DNA of 64,000 bases, from the NCBI GenBank assembly GCA_964291295.2, contig OZ219754.1:2624001-2688000 (forward strand). Reading direction: 5' to 3'. This document shows positions 17,471 to 27,733 of the stretch, piece after piece. Origin of the DNA: an uncultured Candidatus Binatia bacterium (GTDB lineage: Bacteria; Desulfobacterota; Binatia; UBA9968; JAJDTQ01). Position numbers and translations under genes: made by a program. Numbering within the stretch: the first letter of the stretch is position 1; the number at the start of each line of letters is the position of its first letter. Below the pieces are notes generated by a model that searched no databases, was not told where the DNA came from, and worked only from the letters and a program-made list of their open reading frames with translations.

Positions 17471-18853
17471 ATGAGGACAAGGGGGGCCATCTGGAAACCT
17501 CCGGCGGAGGTCTCGCGCGAGGAGTGCCTGGCGGACTCCCGTGCGGTGCTGGCGATGCCGGACATTCCGCTCAAGGAGCATGAGGATCTGATCCGTATCC
17601 ACGCCGTGGGAATGGATTGGGACATCGGCGCGCAGGTCTACGAGCCGCGGGACCCCGGGCGGGTGGTTGTGGGTGCGGACGGACGCAAGGCCGGCGCCTT
17701 CCTCCTGTCGGGAGGCGACGGCGACTTCAAGACCATGGCGCCGGTGGCCCGGCTCCTGGCGGGCAAGTTCGGATTCAAGGTCGCCACCATGACCTATCCG
17801 GGCCGGCTCTATCTGGACGATCCCTCCCGGGACTGGCCCGGCGACACCATCGACCCGGACGGCACCATCCGGACACCCATCTGGCTTGCCGGCGAACGCA
17901 TCATGCCGGACCAGTACGAGGTGGTGAAAGACCGCTCCATCCGCGAGCGCTACGGTACCCGCACCGTACTCCACGCCAGGCCCGGCACCACCTTCTGGTA
18001 CCGCCTGGCGGGCTGGCCCCCGGCTTTCGAGGAGGGCGGCAGGCAGGTGATGGCGCGAAATTTCCCGCAGGACGAATACTCCGTCTACGTGCACGGCCAC
18101 TCCACCGGAGGCCCGTTCGTCTTCATGCTGTCCCAGCGGGTGCCCAACATCGCCGGCGTCATGGCTGTGGAGAACTCGGCCTTCGGTTACATCAACGAAG
18201 CCAAACTCGCGGTTATCGGCTCTCTGGGGGTCATCGGCGACTTCGAGAGGCGGGTGACCGAGACCCGCCGCATCGATCCTTTCCATGAACTCTACATCCG
18301 GACCTGGCGCGACAAGGCTCGCTACATCGGCCCGGAGAAGCTGGGACAGGATGGACCCTTGGCGCTCATGCGGCTGCCGCTGGTGATCGAGGAAGTGATG
18401 GAGGCCTGGGAAGCGGCCAGGACCCAACCCCAGTTCAAGTGCGAGTATATCGTCAGCACCAACATCGAACCGTCGCTGGAGGAGGCCGCGCGGGTGACGG
18501 CCGGCCGGCTGGGCCTCGACCCGGCTGCGACCGAAGCGCTGGTGCGGCGGTATCTGGGTTATGGGAGAGAGCTTCGGGGGGACGGTGTCAAGCCGGTCCC
18601 GCCGGTTCTGTTCTGCGTCACCCGGGACAGCCGCGACCATGACGCCGCCACCTACCGGAGCCTCGTCATGCCCATGTTCGCGCGCATGGAGCCGGCTCCC
18701 AGGACCGCTCTGATGCACTTCCAGGCCGGTGTGCATTCCTACTGGACGCCGGAAACGGAGCTGCCTCTGGGGGTAGCGCCGGGCGTGGCCCGGACCTGGC
18801 ACGAAGCGATCACGGGCGGCTATTTTCTGACCGGGTGGGGCGGCGGGGGCTGA
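17471..18853 (+). CDS. hypothetical protein, alpha/beta-hydrolase-like
   Basis: Long ORF with GC3-biased codons; GHSTGG nucleophile-elbow motif and late His (GVHSY). Confidence 0.6.
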   Translation: MRTRGAIWKPPAEVSREECLADSRAVLAMPDIPLKEHEDLIRIHAVGMDWDIGAQVYEPRDPGRVVVGADGRKAGAFLLSGGDGDFKTMAPVARLLAGKFGFKVATMTYPGRLYLDDPSRDWPGDTIDPDGTIRTPIWLAGERIMPDQYEVVKDRSIRERYGTRTVLHARPGTTFWYRLAGWPPAFEEGGRQVMARNFPQDEYSVYVHGHSTGGPFVFMLSQRVPNIAGVMAVENSAFGYINEAKLAVIGSLGVIGDFERRVTETRRIDPFHELYIRTWRDKARYIGPEKLGQDGPLALMRLPLVIEEVMEAWEAARTQPQFKCEYIVSTNIEPSLEEAARVTAGRLGLDPAATEALVRRYLGYGRELRGDGVKPVPPVLFCVTRDSRDHDAATYRSLVMPMFARMEPAPRTALMHFQAGVHSYWTPETELPLGVAPGVARTWHEAITGGYFLTGWGGGG

Positions 18854-18981
18854 GGGTCGCCGGAGTTCCCTCGGCGGTGCGATTCACCGGCACCGCATGT
18901 GAGCGCCGGAAACCGGAAGACCGAGCCGGCTGTCCCGTAGACGGTGCGGCCGGCGGCTGTCGAACCAAGGCGGAGGAGCGC

Positions 18982-20088
18982 ATGAAGGACGGACTGAAAA
19001 TCATGGACTCGGACATGCATGTGCGCGAGCCTGCGGATCTCTGGGAGAAGTACATGGAACCCGAGTGGCGCGACCGGGGGCCCAGGATCCTCAGCACCAC
19101 CACGCGCAGTTCCGCCATGGTCATGCTCGACGGCAAGGTTCTCAAGGGCTACCCGCCGTCCTACCGGGGCGGCATCTTCGATGCCAGGCGCATTGATGCG
19201 GAGATCGCCGGGGCCCGCGCCCGGGGCTTCGACGGAGTCTCGCAACTCGATGCCATGGAGAGGGAAGGACTGGACCTGGCGGTCATGTACCCATCCATCG
19301 GCCTGGGCGTGATGATGCGCGACGACATGGAGCCCGGGCTTGGCGCCGCCATCGCCCGGGCCTACAACAACTGGCTTTACGATTTCTGCCAGACCGACCC
19401 GGAGCGGATGAAGGGCGCGGCCATGATCTCGCTGCACGACGTCACCGAGGCCGCCCGGGAGGCCCGGCGGGCGGTGGAGGCGCTCGGCTTCGTGGCCGTG
19501 TTCGCGCGCCCCGAGCCCCTCCGCTCCCTGCCCTGGCATTCGCGTTACTACGATCTCCTGTGGTCCACCCTGGAGGAGTTGGACATTCCCATGGGCTTCC
19601 ATTCGGCCGCCTCCGCGGGCGAGGTCCGGCAGATGGGCGACGTGTTTGGCGACGACCTCCTGTTGCGCCACATCTGCGAGCATCCCCTGTCCAACATGAT
19701 GGCCATGATCGACATCATCGGCGGCGGAGTGCTGGAGCGCCACCCCAGGCTCAAGGTGGCGTTCCTGGAGTGCTACTGCGGCTGGGTCTCCTTCATGCTC
19801 CATCGCATGGACGGGGCCGTGTCCAAGGCCCGCCACCCGAACATCTCCCAACTCAAACCCAGCGAGTTCTTCAGGCGCCAGTGCTGGATCTCCACCGAAT
19901 CCGAGCGGGAGCTTGCCATGGTGGCCCACCTCATCGGCGACGACAACATCGTCTACTCCACCGACTATCCGCATGGAGACTCGGACTTCCCCCACGCCGT
20001 GGAGGAGTTCCTGGAGGTGGAAGGCGTCTCACGGGAGACCAGGCGGAAGATCCTGTGGGACAACTGCGCACGACTGTACAATCTGTGA
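18982..20088 (+). CDS. amidohydrolase family protein
   Basis: MKDGLKIMDSDMH, YPSIGL, LECYCGW, STDYPHGD. Confidence 0.85.
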   Translation: MKDGLKIMDSDMHVREPADLWEKYMEPEWRDRGPRILSTTTRSSAMVMLDGKVLKGYPPSYRGGIFDARRIDAEIAGARARGFDGVSQLDAMEREGLDLAVMYPSIGLGVMMRDDMEPGLGAAIARAYNNWLYDFCQTDPERMKGAAMISLHDVTEAAREARRAVEALGFVAVFARPEPLRSLPWHSRYYDLLWSTLEELDIPMGFHSAASAGEVRQMGDVFGDDLLLRHICEHPLSNMMAMIDIIGGGVLERHPRLKVAFLECYCGWVSFMLHRMDGAVSKARHPNISQLKPSEFFRRQCWISTESERELAMVAHLIGDDNIVYSTDYPHGDSDFPHAVEEFLEVEGVSRETRRKILWDNCARLYNL

Positions 20089-20232
20089 AGGACGGGTCGA
20101 GGTCGCGGTGGCCGCCTGCGCGTTGATCCCGCAGGATCTGACTTTTGCGGGTCGCGTGCGTCAAGGCGTCTTTGACTCCCTTGCCACGCACCCCCTGTAA
20201 AGGACGCATCGCTCCGGCCGAAGGAGGAGGGA

Positions 20233-21414
20233 ATGGCGCAGGCGCTTGACGGCATCAGGGTACTGGACCTCAGCAGCTACATCGCCGGCCCGTTCGCGGC
20301 CATGTTGCTGGCGGACATGGGGGCGGTGGTGGTGAAGATGGAGAACACCGGCGGCGGCGACCCGTTTCGCAAGTGGGGCCGGGAACCGCGCATGTACAGT
20401 CCGCTGTTCCGCAGCTACAACCGCAACAAGCGGAGCATGACACTGAACCTGCGGGATCCGGACGGCAAGGAGATTTTTCTCAGGATGGCGGCGGCTGCCG
20501 ACGTCGTCATCGAGAACTACCGGCCCGGGGTCATGGAGCGGCTGGAACTTGGATACGAGCGCCTCAGGGATCTCAATCCGCGCCTCGTCTACTGCGGCAT
20601 ATCGGCGTTCGGGCAGTCCGGTCCGTACCGCGAGAGGCCCGGCTTCGACACTCTCGGACAGTGTCTCAGCGGCCTGTTGAGCCAGATCGTCGACCCCGGG
20701 AGGCCTCAGCCGCCCGGTCTGGCCTTCTCGGACCACATCGGCGGCCTGTTCGCCTGCTACGGCGTCCTCATCGCTCTGATGGCCCGGGAGCGATCGGGCA
20801 AGGGTCAGAAGGTCGAGACCTCCCTCATGGAGGCGTCCATGGCGTTCATCGGCCGAAGCATCGTCCAGTACTTCGCGACCGGGGAGGTTCCCGGCGTGGA
20901 GAGTCGGGGCCGCTCGGCTGGAGTGTATGCGCTGCTGGCCGGGGACGGGCTCCCGTTCGTCATCCATTTGTCCCACCTCAACAAGTTCTTTGTGAGCCTG
21001 GCGCAGGCCATCGACCGTCCGGAACTGGCGGAGGACCCCCGCTTCAAGGAGCGCGAAGACCGTCTTGCGAACTACGACGAACTCAAGGCGCTGCTGCAGG
21101 AGATCGTCGCGACTCGGCCGCGCCAGCACTGGCTGGACGCGCTGGGCCGGCACGACGTGGCCCACGCCCCCATCAATCGCCTGGACGAGGTATTCGAGGA
21201 TCCCCAGGTCCGGCACCTCGACCGGATCATGGAACTGGAACATCCGAAGCACGGCACGATCCATACCGTCCGGAGCGGCGTCAACTTGAGCGAGACGCCG
21301 TTTCGGGTATCGGCGCTGCCGCCGGAGTTGGGCGAACATACCGTCGAGATACTCCGGGAGCTGGGGTTGAGCCAGGAGCGGATCGAGCAACTGGGAGAAG
21401 CCGGAACGATATAG
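20233..21414 (+). CDS. CoA-transferase family III (CaiB/BaiF)
   Basis: LDGIRVLDLS..IAGP, NRNKRS, ADVVIENYRPG, PELGEHT. Confidence 0.9.
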   Translation: MAQALDGIRVLDLSSYIAGPFAAMLLADMGAVVVKMENTGGGDPFRKWGREPRMYSPLFRSYNRNKRSMTLNLRDPDGKEIFLRMAAAADVVIENYRPGVMERLELGYERLRDLNPRLVYCGISAFGQSGPYRERPGFDTLGQCLSGLLSQIVDPGRPQPPGLAFSDHIGGLFACYGVLIALMARERSGKGQKVETSLMEASMAFIGRSIVQYFATGEVPGVESRGRSAGVYALLAGDGLPFVIHLSHLNKFFVSLAQAIDRPELAEDPRFKEREDRLANYDELKALLQEIVATRPRQHWLDALGRHDVAHAPINRLDEVFEDPQVRHLDRIMELEHPKHGTIHTVRSGVNLSETPFRVSALPPELGEHTVEILRELGLSQERIEQLGEAGTI

Positions 21415-21440
21415 GGCGTCACGCGGAAGGAGGCCCCACC

Positions 21441-22571
21441 ATGGCGCGAGACGGTTTCAGAATCCTCGACAGCGACATGCACGTTTTCGAGCCGCATGAT
21501 CTCTATCTCAGGCACATGGATCCCCAATGGGGCGACCGGATTCCCCGCGGGGAGCCGCGGAAGCGCCATGGACAGATCCGGTTCCGCTACGGCGACGGCA
21601 CTCCGGTGCGGTTGTCCGGACTCACCGCGCGCCCCAACGTGACTCCCGGCGAGGACAGGGTGGCGCCTCGTTATGCCAAGCCCTTGGCGCGAAACTACGA
21701 CGCGGTCTCCCAGGTGGCTGCCATGGACGAAGAAGGGCTGGACGTGGCGGTGCTGTTTCGTACGTTTCCGCTGCACTGCGACGACAGCCTGGAGCCGGAG
21801 TTCGCCAATGCCTTGTGCCGCGCCTGGAACGACTGGTGTGCGGAGTTCTGCACGGAAAACCCCGAGCGGCTCAAGGCATCGGCGCTGATCACGCTGCACG
21901 ATGTGGACATGGCGGTGGACGAGACACGCCGCGCGGTGACCGAACTGGGAGCCGTCGGACTGTGCCTGGTGCCCGAACCGGCCAATGGCCGGCATATTCA
22001 CGAGCGCTGTTTCGATCCCTTGTGGCGTGAGGCGGAGCGCCTGGAGGTTCCCGTCTGCTTCCATCCCGCGGCCTCCCCGCGCATGGACCAAGTGGCACAA
22101 CGGTTCAACGGGCTTCCCAACGAGGGCCTGCTCGTCAATGCGTACCGGAATCCGGTGGAACTCATGCTGGCCGTGGGGAGCTTTTGCGGCGGCGGCGTGC
22201 TGGAGCGGTTCCCGCGCCTCAAGGTGGCGTTCCTGGAGGGAAACTGCAGTTGGCTGCCGTGGTTGCTTTATCGCCTCGACGAACGCTGGGAACTGCGCAG
22301 GGATCTGTGTGACGAGCCGCTGTCGCTGAATCCGAGCGAATACTTCATGCGTCAATGCGTGGTGGCCACGGACGTGGAGGAAGAGCTGGTGGCCGATGTG
22401 GTCGAGCGGCTCGGGGACGACAACATCGTGATCTCCACGGACTACCCGCATGCCGACTCGCGGTGGCCCAAGGCCGTGGAGAGCTTTCTCGGGATCGGCG
22501 CGATCCGGGAGGAGTCGAAACGCAAGATCTTCTGGGACAACAGCGCGAAGCTCTACAACCTGTCACGGTAG
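21441..22571 (+). CDS. amidohydrolase family protein
   Basis: MARDGFRILDSDMH, LEGNCSW, STDYPHAD; AGGAGG RBS. Confidence 0.85.
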   Translation: MARDGFRILDSDMHVFEPHDLYLRHMDPQWGDRIPRGEPRKRHGQIRFRYGDGTPVRLSGLTARPNVTPGEDRVAPRYAKPLARNYDAVSQVAAMDEEGLDVAVLFRTFPLHCDDSLEPEFANALCRAWNDWCAEFCTENPERLKASALITLHDVDMAVDETRRAVTELGAVGLCLVPEPANGRHIHERCFDPLWREAERLEVPVCFHPAASPRMDQVAQRFNGLPNEGLLVNAYRNPVELMLAVGSFCGGGVLERFPRLKVAFLEGNCSWLPWLLYRLDERWELRRDLCDEPLSLNPSEYFMRQCVVATDVEEELVADVVERLGDDNIVISTDYPHADSRWPKAVESFLGIGAIREESKRKIFWDNSAKLYNLSR

Positions 22572-22653
22572 GGAGGGCGCGGGAGACTCCCGCCCCTCGG
22601 CCGGCGAGCCGCGGGGCCGGAGCCGCCCTGTCCGCTCCATGCGGCAAGAGGCG

Positions 22654-23358
22654 TCAGACCGCCTGTCTGAGGGAATGCTCCTGGAAGTGTTCTTTCACTT
22701 CCGCCAGCTTCATGACGTCGGCGTACTTGTGATGCAGGTCGAACAGATTCACCTTGTGGGAGATGATGCTGCGGTCGAAGACGCATTCCTCGACGATGGA
22801 AACGTGGTAACCGTTGGAGTAGGCGTCCACCGCGCTGGCCCGGACGCAGCCGCTGGTGCTTTCCCCGCACACGATGAGTGAATTGATGCCGAGTCTCGTC
22901 AGGTGGGCGATGAGCGGCGTTCCGTAGAAGCCGCTGGCCCTTTCCTTGTAGATGATGATGTCGTCGGGCTCGGGTGCGAACTCCTTGTATATCTCGTAAT
23001 CATCGGGCGCCATCCTGGTTATCTGCCGGTTGGTGGCGTGCACCGAGGCCGGCTGCACCTCTTTTCGCGTTTCGCTTGTGGTGTAGATGACCTGCAGGCC
23101 TCGGGAACGGGCCAGGGCGAAGAGCTCCTTGGTCGGTTCGATGGCCTCGTAGGCGTTTATGCCGCAAGAGCTCTTGTGTTCCTTGACGACTTCATGCACC
23201 GGCCTGGGGCCGCCTCTGTACGCGAGGTTGTAGAGGTCGATGGCCAGCAGCGCTGGTCGCTGACCGACGAAAATGTCCCTGCGGTAGGGCTTGTAGATGG
23301 CGATGATCTCCTGGGTGATGATGTCCTGCCAGCAGTGATCTTCGAACTTGTCAATCAT
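22654..23358 (-). CDS. isochorismatase-family cysteine hydrolase
   Basis: PALLAID, K.RASGFYGT, GESTSGCVRASAVDA (D-K-C triad). Confidence 0.85.
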   Translation of the reverse strand: MIDKFEDHCWQDIITQEIIAIYKPYRRDIFVGQRPALLAIDLYNLAYRGGPRPVHEVVKEHKSSCGINAYEAIEPTKELFALARSRGLQVIYTTSETRKEVQPASVHATNRQITRMAPDDYEIYKEFAPEPDDIIIYKERASGFYGTPLIAHLTRLGINSLIVCGESTSGCVRASAVDAYSNGYHVSIVEECVFDRSIISHKVNLFDLHHKYADVMKLAEVKEHFQEHSLRQAV

Positions 23359-23526
23359 CGGGGTCTCCCTTCGAGTTGGTTGCGTCGTTGATAACGCTTC
23401 GCGCTCCGAAGTGTCAACTTGGCCGGCCTGGCCCCTGCCACGCCGCCGCGGTGGGCCGGGAACGCCGTGGGCTTGTGAGCCGCCGCGTTGGCGTTCCGGT
23501 TCCGCAGCCGATAGCCTTTCCTGCCC

Positions 23527-24390
23527 ATGTGGTTCGTACTGGCGCTCCTCTCCGCCCTGTTCCAGGTGCTGCGGAACGTTTCCATGAAGCGTCTGGGGCA
23601 CGAACTCGATGACACTATCAACGTCTGGGGACGGTTCACGTTCCTGCTGCCGTTCATGGCCCTGTTATCGGCCTGGCACGGCATGCCGGAGTTGAAGGAC
23701 GGGTTCTGGCCCTGCGCCGTCGGTTTCGGGGTGACTCAGTCCATCGCCACGCTGAGCCTGTCCAGAGCCCTCAAGCTGTCTGGCATCGCCATCGTCACCT
23801 CGCTGTGGAAGCTGAGTCTTCTGTTCCTGGTGGCCTTCGCCTGGATCACCCTGGGTGAGGTGCCGTCGGCCGTCGGGCTGGCGGGCATATCGTTGAGCGC
23901 CGCCGGCGTCTATCTCCTGAACCTGCAGAAGAGCTGCCTCTCGGTCTGGGCGCCGCTGCGCCAGTTGCTGGTGGAGCCGGGCCTCCGGTACACCTTGGCG
24001 GCGGCCTTCTTCTATGCCCCGTCGGTGGTGTTCATCAAGTTGCTGATCCTTCGTTCGGACGTCTATTTCGCCAACCTGGCTGGCTATCTCGCGGCCTCCC
24101 TGATGGTGCTGCCCCTGGCGCTGCACCGCTCAGGCCCCCATTTCCGCGCGGTTCCGCATCACGGGCCGGCGTTCGCCGCCATGGGGCTGTGTGCCGCCCT
24201 TGCGAGCATCTGCCATGGCCTGGCCTACGAGTTGACCCTGACGTCCTACGTCGAAGCGGTCAAGCAGGCCGAGATCCTCCTTGCGCTGGCCGCGGGCTGG
24301 CTGCTTTTCCACGAGCGCACCCAGGTGCGCCGGATCCTGCCCGGAAGCCTGACCATCATGGCGGGCATGGTACTGCTGCGGCTGAGTTGA
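23527..24390 (+). CDS. EamA/DMT family transporter
   Basis: About 10 TM segments in two repeats, LGE and FHE motifs. Confidence 0.75.
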   Translation: MWFVLALLSALFQVLRNVSMKRLGHELDDTINVWGRFTFLLPFMALLSAWHGMPELKDGFWPCAVGFGVTQSIATLSLSRALKLSGIAIVTSLWKLSLLFLVAFAWITLGEVPSAVGLAGISLSAAGVYLLNLQKSCLSVWAPLRQLLVEPGLRYTLAAAFFYAPSVVFIKLLILRSDVYFANLAGYLAASLMVLPLALHRSGPHFRAVPHHGPAFAAMGLCAALASICHGLAYELTLTSYVEAVKQAEILLALAAGWLLFHERTQVRRILPGSLTIMAGMVLLRLS

Positions 24391-24407
24391 GCCGGTCCCC
24401 GGCGCCT

Positions 24408-25082
24408 TCACCCGGCATTGGGAATGGAGCCGGTGGCGTCGTCCGCGTCGATCATGGAGATTCGATTCCAGGTCCACAGGGACCGTTCGCGGTAGAGCAC
24501 ATCGACGTCCTCCGGCACTTGGGTGCCGCTGCCCTGGAGACGGCGCACGATGGGCCGCAACGGCATGCCCACCGCGGCAAGATAGTCGCCGCGGAGACTC
24601 TCGATCAGGCGGTGGCCTTCGCCCTGGATGGAATAGGCGCCCGCCTTGTCCATGGATTCGCCACAGGCCACATAGTCGGCGATCTCGGCGTCGCTGGAGT
24701 GCCGCATGCGCACGTCGACCCGTTCCAGGTGGGTGAACTCCCTGCCCGTGGCGGCGTCGATGAGCGCGACTCCGGTGAGGATGCGATGGGTTCGCCCTGA
24801 GAGGCGACGGAGAATGCGCACGGCATCCTCCCCGTCCCGGGGCTTGCCGATCTTCTCGTCGCCCAGGGCGATCAAGGTGTCGCCTCCCACCACCAGGGCA
24901 TCGACTTCGCCGGAGGCTACCGAACGGGCCTTGCCCAGAGCGAACTCCAGCGCTTCCGCCTCGGGCGTCAGGTCTTCGCGGGTGGTTTCCCGGAATTCGG
25001 GATGCCGAACGTCGAAAGCGACGCCGAGAAGGGTCAGGATGGTGCGTCGACGAGGCGAGGTCGACGCCAGGACGATGCGCAT
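24408..25082 (-). CDS. maf: Maf-family nucleoside triphosphate pyrophosphatase
   Basis: MRIVLASTSPRR, GGDT, GKP, DKAGAYSIQG. Confidence 0.88.
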   Translation of the reverse strand: MRIVLASTSPRRRTILTLLGVAFDVRHPEFRETTREDLTPEAEALEFALGKARSVASGEVDALVVGGDTLIALGDEKIGKPRDGEDAVRILRRLSGRTHRILTGVALIDAATGREFTHLERVDVRMRHSSDAEIADYVACGESMDKAGAYSIQGEGHRLIESLRGDYLAAVGMPLRPIVRRLQGSGTQVPEDVDVLYRERSLWTWNRISMIDADDATGSIPNAG

Positions 25083-25086
25083 CGGG

Positions 25087-26328
25087 TCAGCCTGGAGGAG
25101 ATCCGACGAGGGCTCCGGCATCGCTGTCGGGCAAGACGAGGCGGGCTCTGCCAAGGGAGGTTTCAGCGTCTTCCAGGGCCGCGGTAGGCGCCATGACGGG
25201 AGCTGCGGCAGGTGCCACGGCCGAAGACGCCACGACAGACGATACGATATGCGCGACGATGGACGCCACGATACGCGCCACTTCATCCGCGTTCCTGGCC
25301 CGGACCATCCGCGCACGCCACTGCGCGGCGCCGCGGAACCCCTTGCAGTACCAGGCCAGATGCTTGCGCATGGCCGGAAAGCGCCCCTCGCCCCAGAGGC
25401 CCTCGAAATGGCGGCTGTGTTCCAGCAGTACCCGGATGCGCTCCTCCAGGGCCACATCCGGCTCCACGCCGCCGGGGCTCGCGATCCCGGCCAGGGTGTC
25501 CTTGGCCCGTTGCTTGTCCCGGAACACCCAAGGGTTACCCATGGCGGCGCGTCCCAGGAGTACCCCGTCGACGCCGGTCTGCCGGATCCGTTCCAGCGCC
25601 TCCGACATGGAGCCGATATCCCCGTTTCCCAGGATCAGGGTGGGCAGACCCCGGGCCAGCTCCACCGCCCGGTGAATGGCGTCCCAGTCCGCGAATCCCT
25701 TGTACATCTGTTTCAGGGTGCGGCCGTGCAGGGAGATGGCCGCCGGCGTTTCCTCCAGCAGCACCGGAATCCATTCGTCCACGGCCACCTCGTCGTATCC
25801 TGTCCGGGTCTTGATCGACAACGGGATGTCCCGCCGGACCGCATGCCCGCACCGCATGTGCCGGACCCGCTCCACCACGTCGGTGGCCAGACCCAGATCC
25901 TCCAGGCGCTGGCCGGCCGCCCAGTCGGCGAGCCCGCGACGGGTCTCCCGGATGATGGCCACCGCCCGTTCGGGATCAAGGATGAGCCCGGCGCCGGCCC
26001 CCTTGTTGGCCACCTTTCTGGCCGGGCAGCCCATGTTGATGTCCAGGCCGTCGAAACCGAGTTCGCCGACGATGTGCGCCACCCGGTAGAAGGCCTCGGG
26101 CGTGTGGCCGTAGATCTGCGCCAGGACCGGGCGTTCGGACTCGCCGTACGCGAAGTCGCGCACGAATCCGTCGGCGCCGCCGCAGATGGCCTCGACGCTG
26201 GTGAACTCCGTCATGCACAGGTCGGGCCGCCCGTACCGGGCCACCATGAGACGGAACGAAGCATCGGTGACGCCGTCCATGGGCGAGAGGCCGATGAGGG
26301 GTTTGCGGATGCGGTGCCAGAAATGCAT
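25087..26328 (-). CDS. dus: tRNA-dihydrouridine synthase
   Basis: SPMDGVTD, DINMGCP, IKTRTG, LHGRT, GNGDI, GRAAMGNPW. Confidence 0.9.
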   Translation of the reverse strand: MHFWHRIRKPLIGLSPMDGVTDASFRLMVARYGRPDLCMTEFTSVEAICGGADGFVRDFAYGESERPVLAQIYGHTPEAFYRVAHIVGELGFDGLDINMGCPARKVANKGAGAGLILDPERAVAIIRETRRGLADWAAGQRLEDLGLATDVVERVRHMRCGHAVRRDIPLSIKTRTGYDEVAVDEWIPVLLEETPAAISLHGRTLKQMYKGFADWDAIHRAVELARGLPTLILGNGDIGSMSEALERIRQTGVDGVLLGRAAMGNPWVFRDKQRAKDTLAGIASPGGVEPDVALEERIRVLLEHSRHFEGLWGEGRFPAMRKHLAWYCKGFRGAAQWRARMVRARNADEVARIVASIVAHIVSSVVASSAVAPAAAPVMAPTAALEDAETSLGRARLVLPDSDAGALVGSPPG

Positions 26329-26353
26329 GGCGGGGAGGGGAACGGGCGATGCG

Positions 26354-27502
26354 TCACTCGGCCGCGGCCGCCCGACGGGCGATCATTGCATCCAGTTCGG
26401 CCTTGAGACGTGGCAGAATCTGGTCGTAGGGGAAGGCTCCCAGTGGTTCACCGCCACGCTTGAGGTTCACGAATTTCGGGCCGCACCACAGCCCGAGGTC
26501 GGCGTCGTCGGTCTCGCCGGGGCCGTTGACCCGGCAGCCCATGACCGCGACGGTGAGGGCGTGGCCGGCGGCGTAGGCGGTCATCTCCTTGACCTTTTGC
26601 GCCAGCTCCACGAAGTTCTCGTTCTCCACCCGCGAGCAACTCGGACAACTGATGATGTTCAGGCTGTCGCGGCCGTAATCCACGACGCTGCGCACCCGGC
26701 CCGCCGCAATATCCTCAAGGATATCGCGCCCGGCGACGACCTCCTGGTGTTTTTGTGCGTTGGGGACCGTCAGGGACACCCGGATGGTGTCGCCGATGCC
26801 CCGGCTGATGAGCTGCTCGAAGGCGACGCGGGTCTTGACGATCCCGTCCGGCGGCAGACCCGCTTCGGTGACGCCGAGATGGAGCGGGATGTCCGGACGC
26901 CGTGCCGCGAACCGCCGGTTGACCTCGATGACCCTGGCCGGGTCCGAATCCTTGAGCGAGACGCAGTAGCGCGTGTAGCCGAGGCTGTCCAGCAGTTCGC
27001 AGTGTTCCCAGGCGCTCGCCAGCATGGGCGAGACCGAGTCGTGCTCGGAGAAGTGCTCCCGCTGCGCGGGATCCACCGAGCCGCAGTTGACGCCCACGCG
27101 CATGGCGCAGTCGTTGGCCGCCGCCGCCTCCACCAGGAACTTGACCTTGTCCCGCCAGGACTTCCGCTTCTCGTGGTGGTAGAGGTGTCCGGGATTGTAG
27201 CGGATCTTGTCCACGTGGGGCGCCACCACGCTGGCGAGCCGATAGTTCTCCTGAAGGTCCACGGACAGGTTCGCTTGGGTGGCGGCGCGGATCTCCTCCA
27301 GGGCGGCGGCATCCTTCCTGCTGTCCACGGCGATGCGGACCACGTCGGCCCCGGCCCGGGTCAGGTCGTTGACCTGCTCCACGGTCGCCGCCACATCCTG
27401 GGTACGGGTGGCGCACATGCTCTGAACCGCGATGGGATGGGCGCCACCTATGACGGTGGAGCCGATGCGCACGGGACGGGTGGGATTGCGTGGCAGCTTC
27501 AT
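26354..27502 (-). CDS. ispG: HMB-PP synthase IspG
   Basis: [56 protein letters not shown]. Confidence 0.95.
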   Translation of the reverse strand: MKLPRNPTRPVRIGSTVIGGAHPIAVQSMCATRTQDVAATVEQVNDLTRAGADVVRIAVDSRKDAAALEEIRAATQANLSVDLQENYRLASVVAPHVDKIRYNPGHLYHHEKRKSWRDKVKFLVEAAAANDCAMRVGVNCGSVDPAQREHFSEHDSVSPMLASAWEHCELLDSLGYTRYCVSLKDSDPARVIEVNRRFAARRPDIPLHLGVTEAGLPPDGIVKTRVAFEQLISRGIGDTIRVSLTVPNAQKHQEVVAGRDILEDIAAGRVRSVVDYGRDSLNIISCPSCSRVENENFVELAQKVKEMTAYAAGHALTVAVMGCRVNGPGETDDADLGLWCGPKFVNLKRGGEPLGAFPYDQILPRLKAELDAMIARRAAAAE

Positions 27503-27640
27503 GGACGGCGCTCTCCGGCACACATGCAAACCATGGCTTCAAGGCTAACGTGAAAGGCCCGGGGAAGCAATGGGATCCCGTGGGGTTCGGTGGTCCTTGA
27601 TGGAGGGAAGGGCTTTGGATAGACTGACTGCAGCGGCGCC

Positions 27641-27684
27641 TTTGATGAACCCTTCTTTGATGAACCCTTCTTTGATGTACCCTC
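27641..27684. repeat. 15-bp tandem repeat (about 3 copies)
   Basis: TTTGATGAACCCTTC x2 plus TTTGATGTACCCTC in the divergent ispG/prc intergenic region. Confidence 0.85.
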
Positions 27685-27733
27685 TGATGAGCCGTATCAA
27701 GGCTCGAGGCGCCGGCGCTGTCGAGGAGCACCG

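Noticed and set aside
25190-25285. Imperfect 12-bp periodicity in the dus 3' end
   Set aside because: Encodes a low-complexity Val/Ala/Ser tail; no evidence of a separate element.
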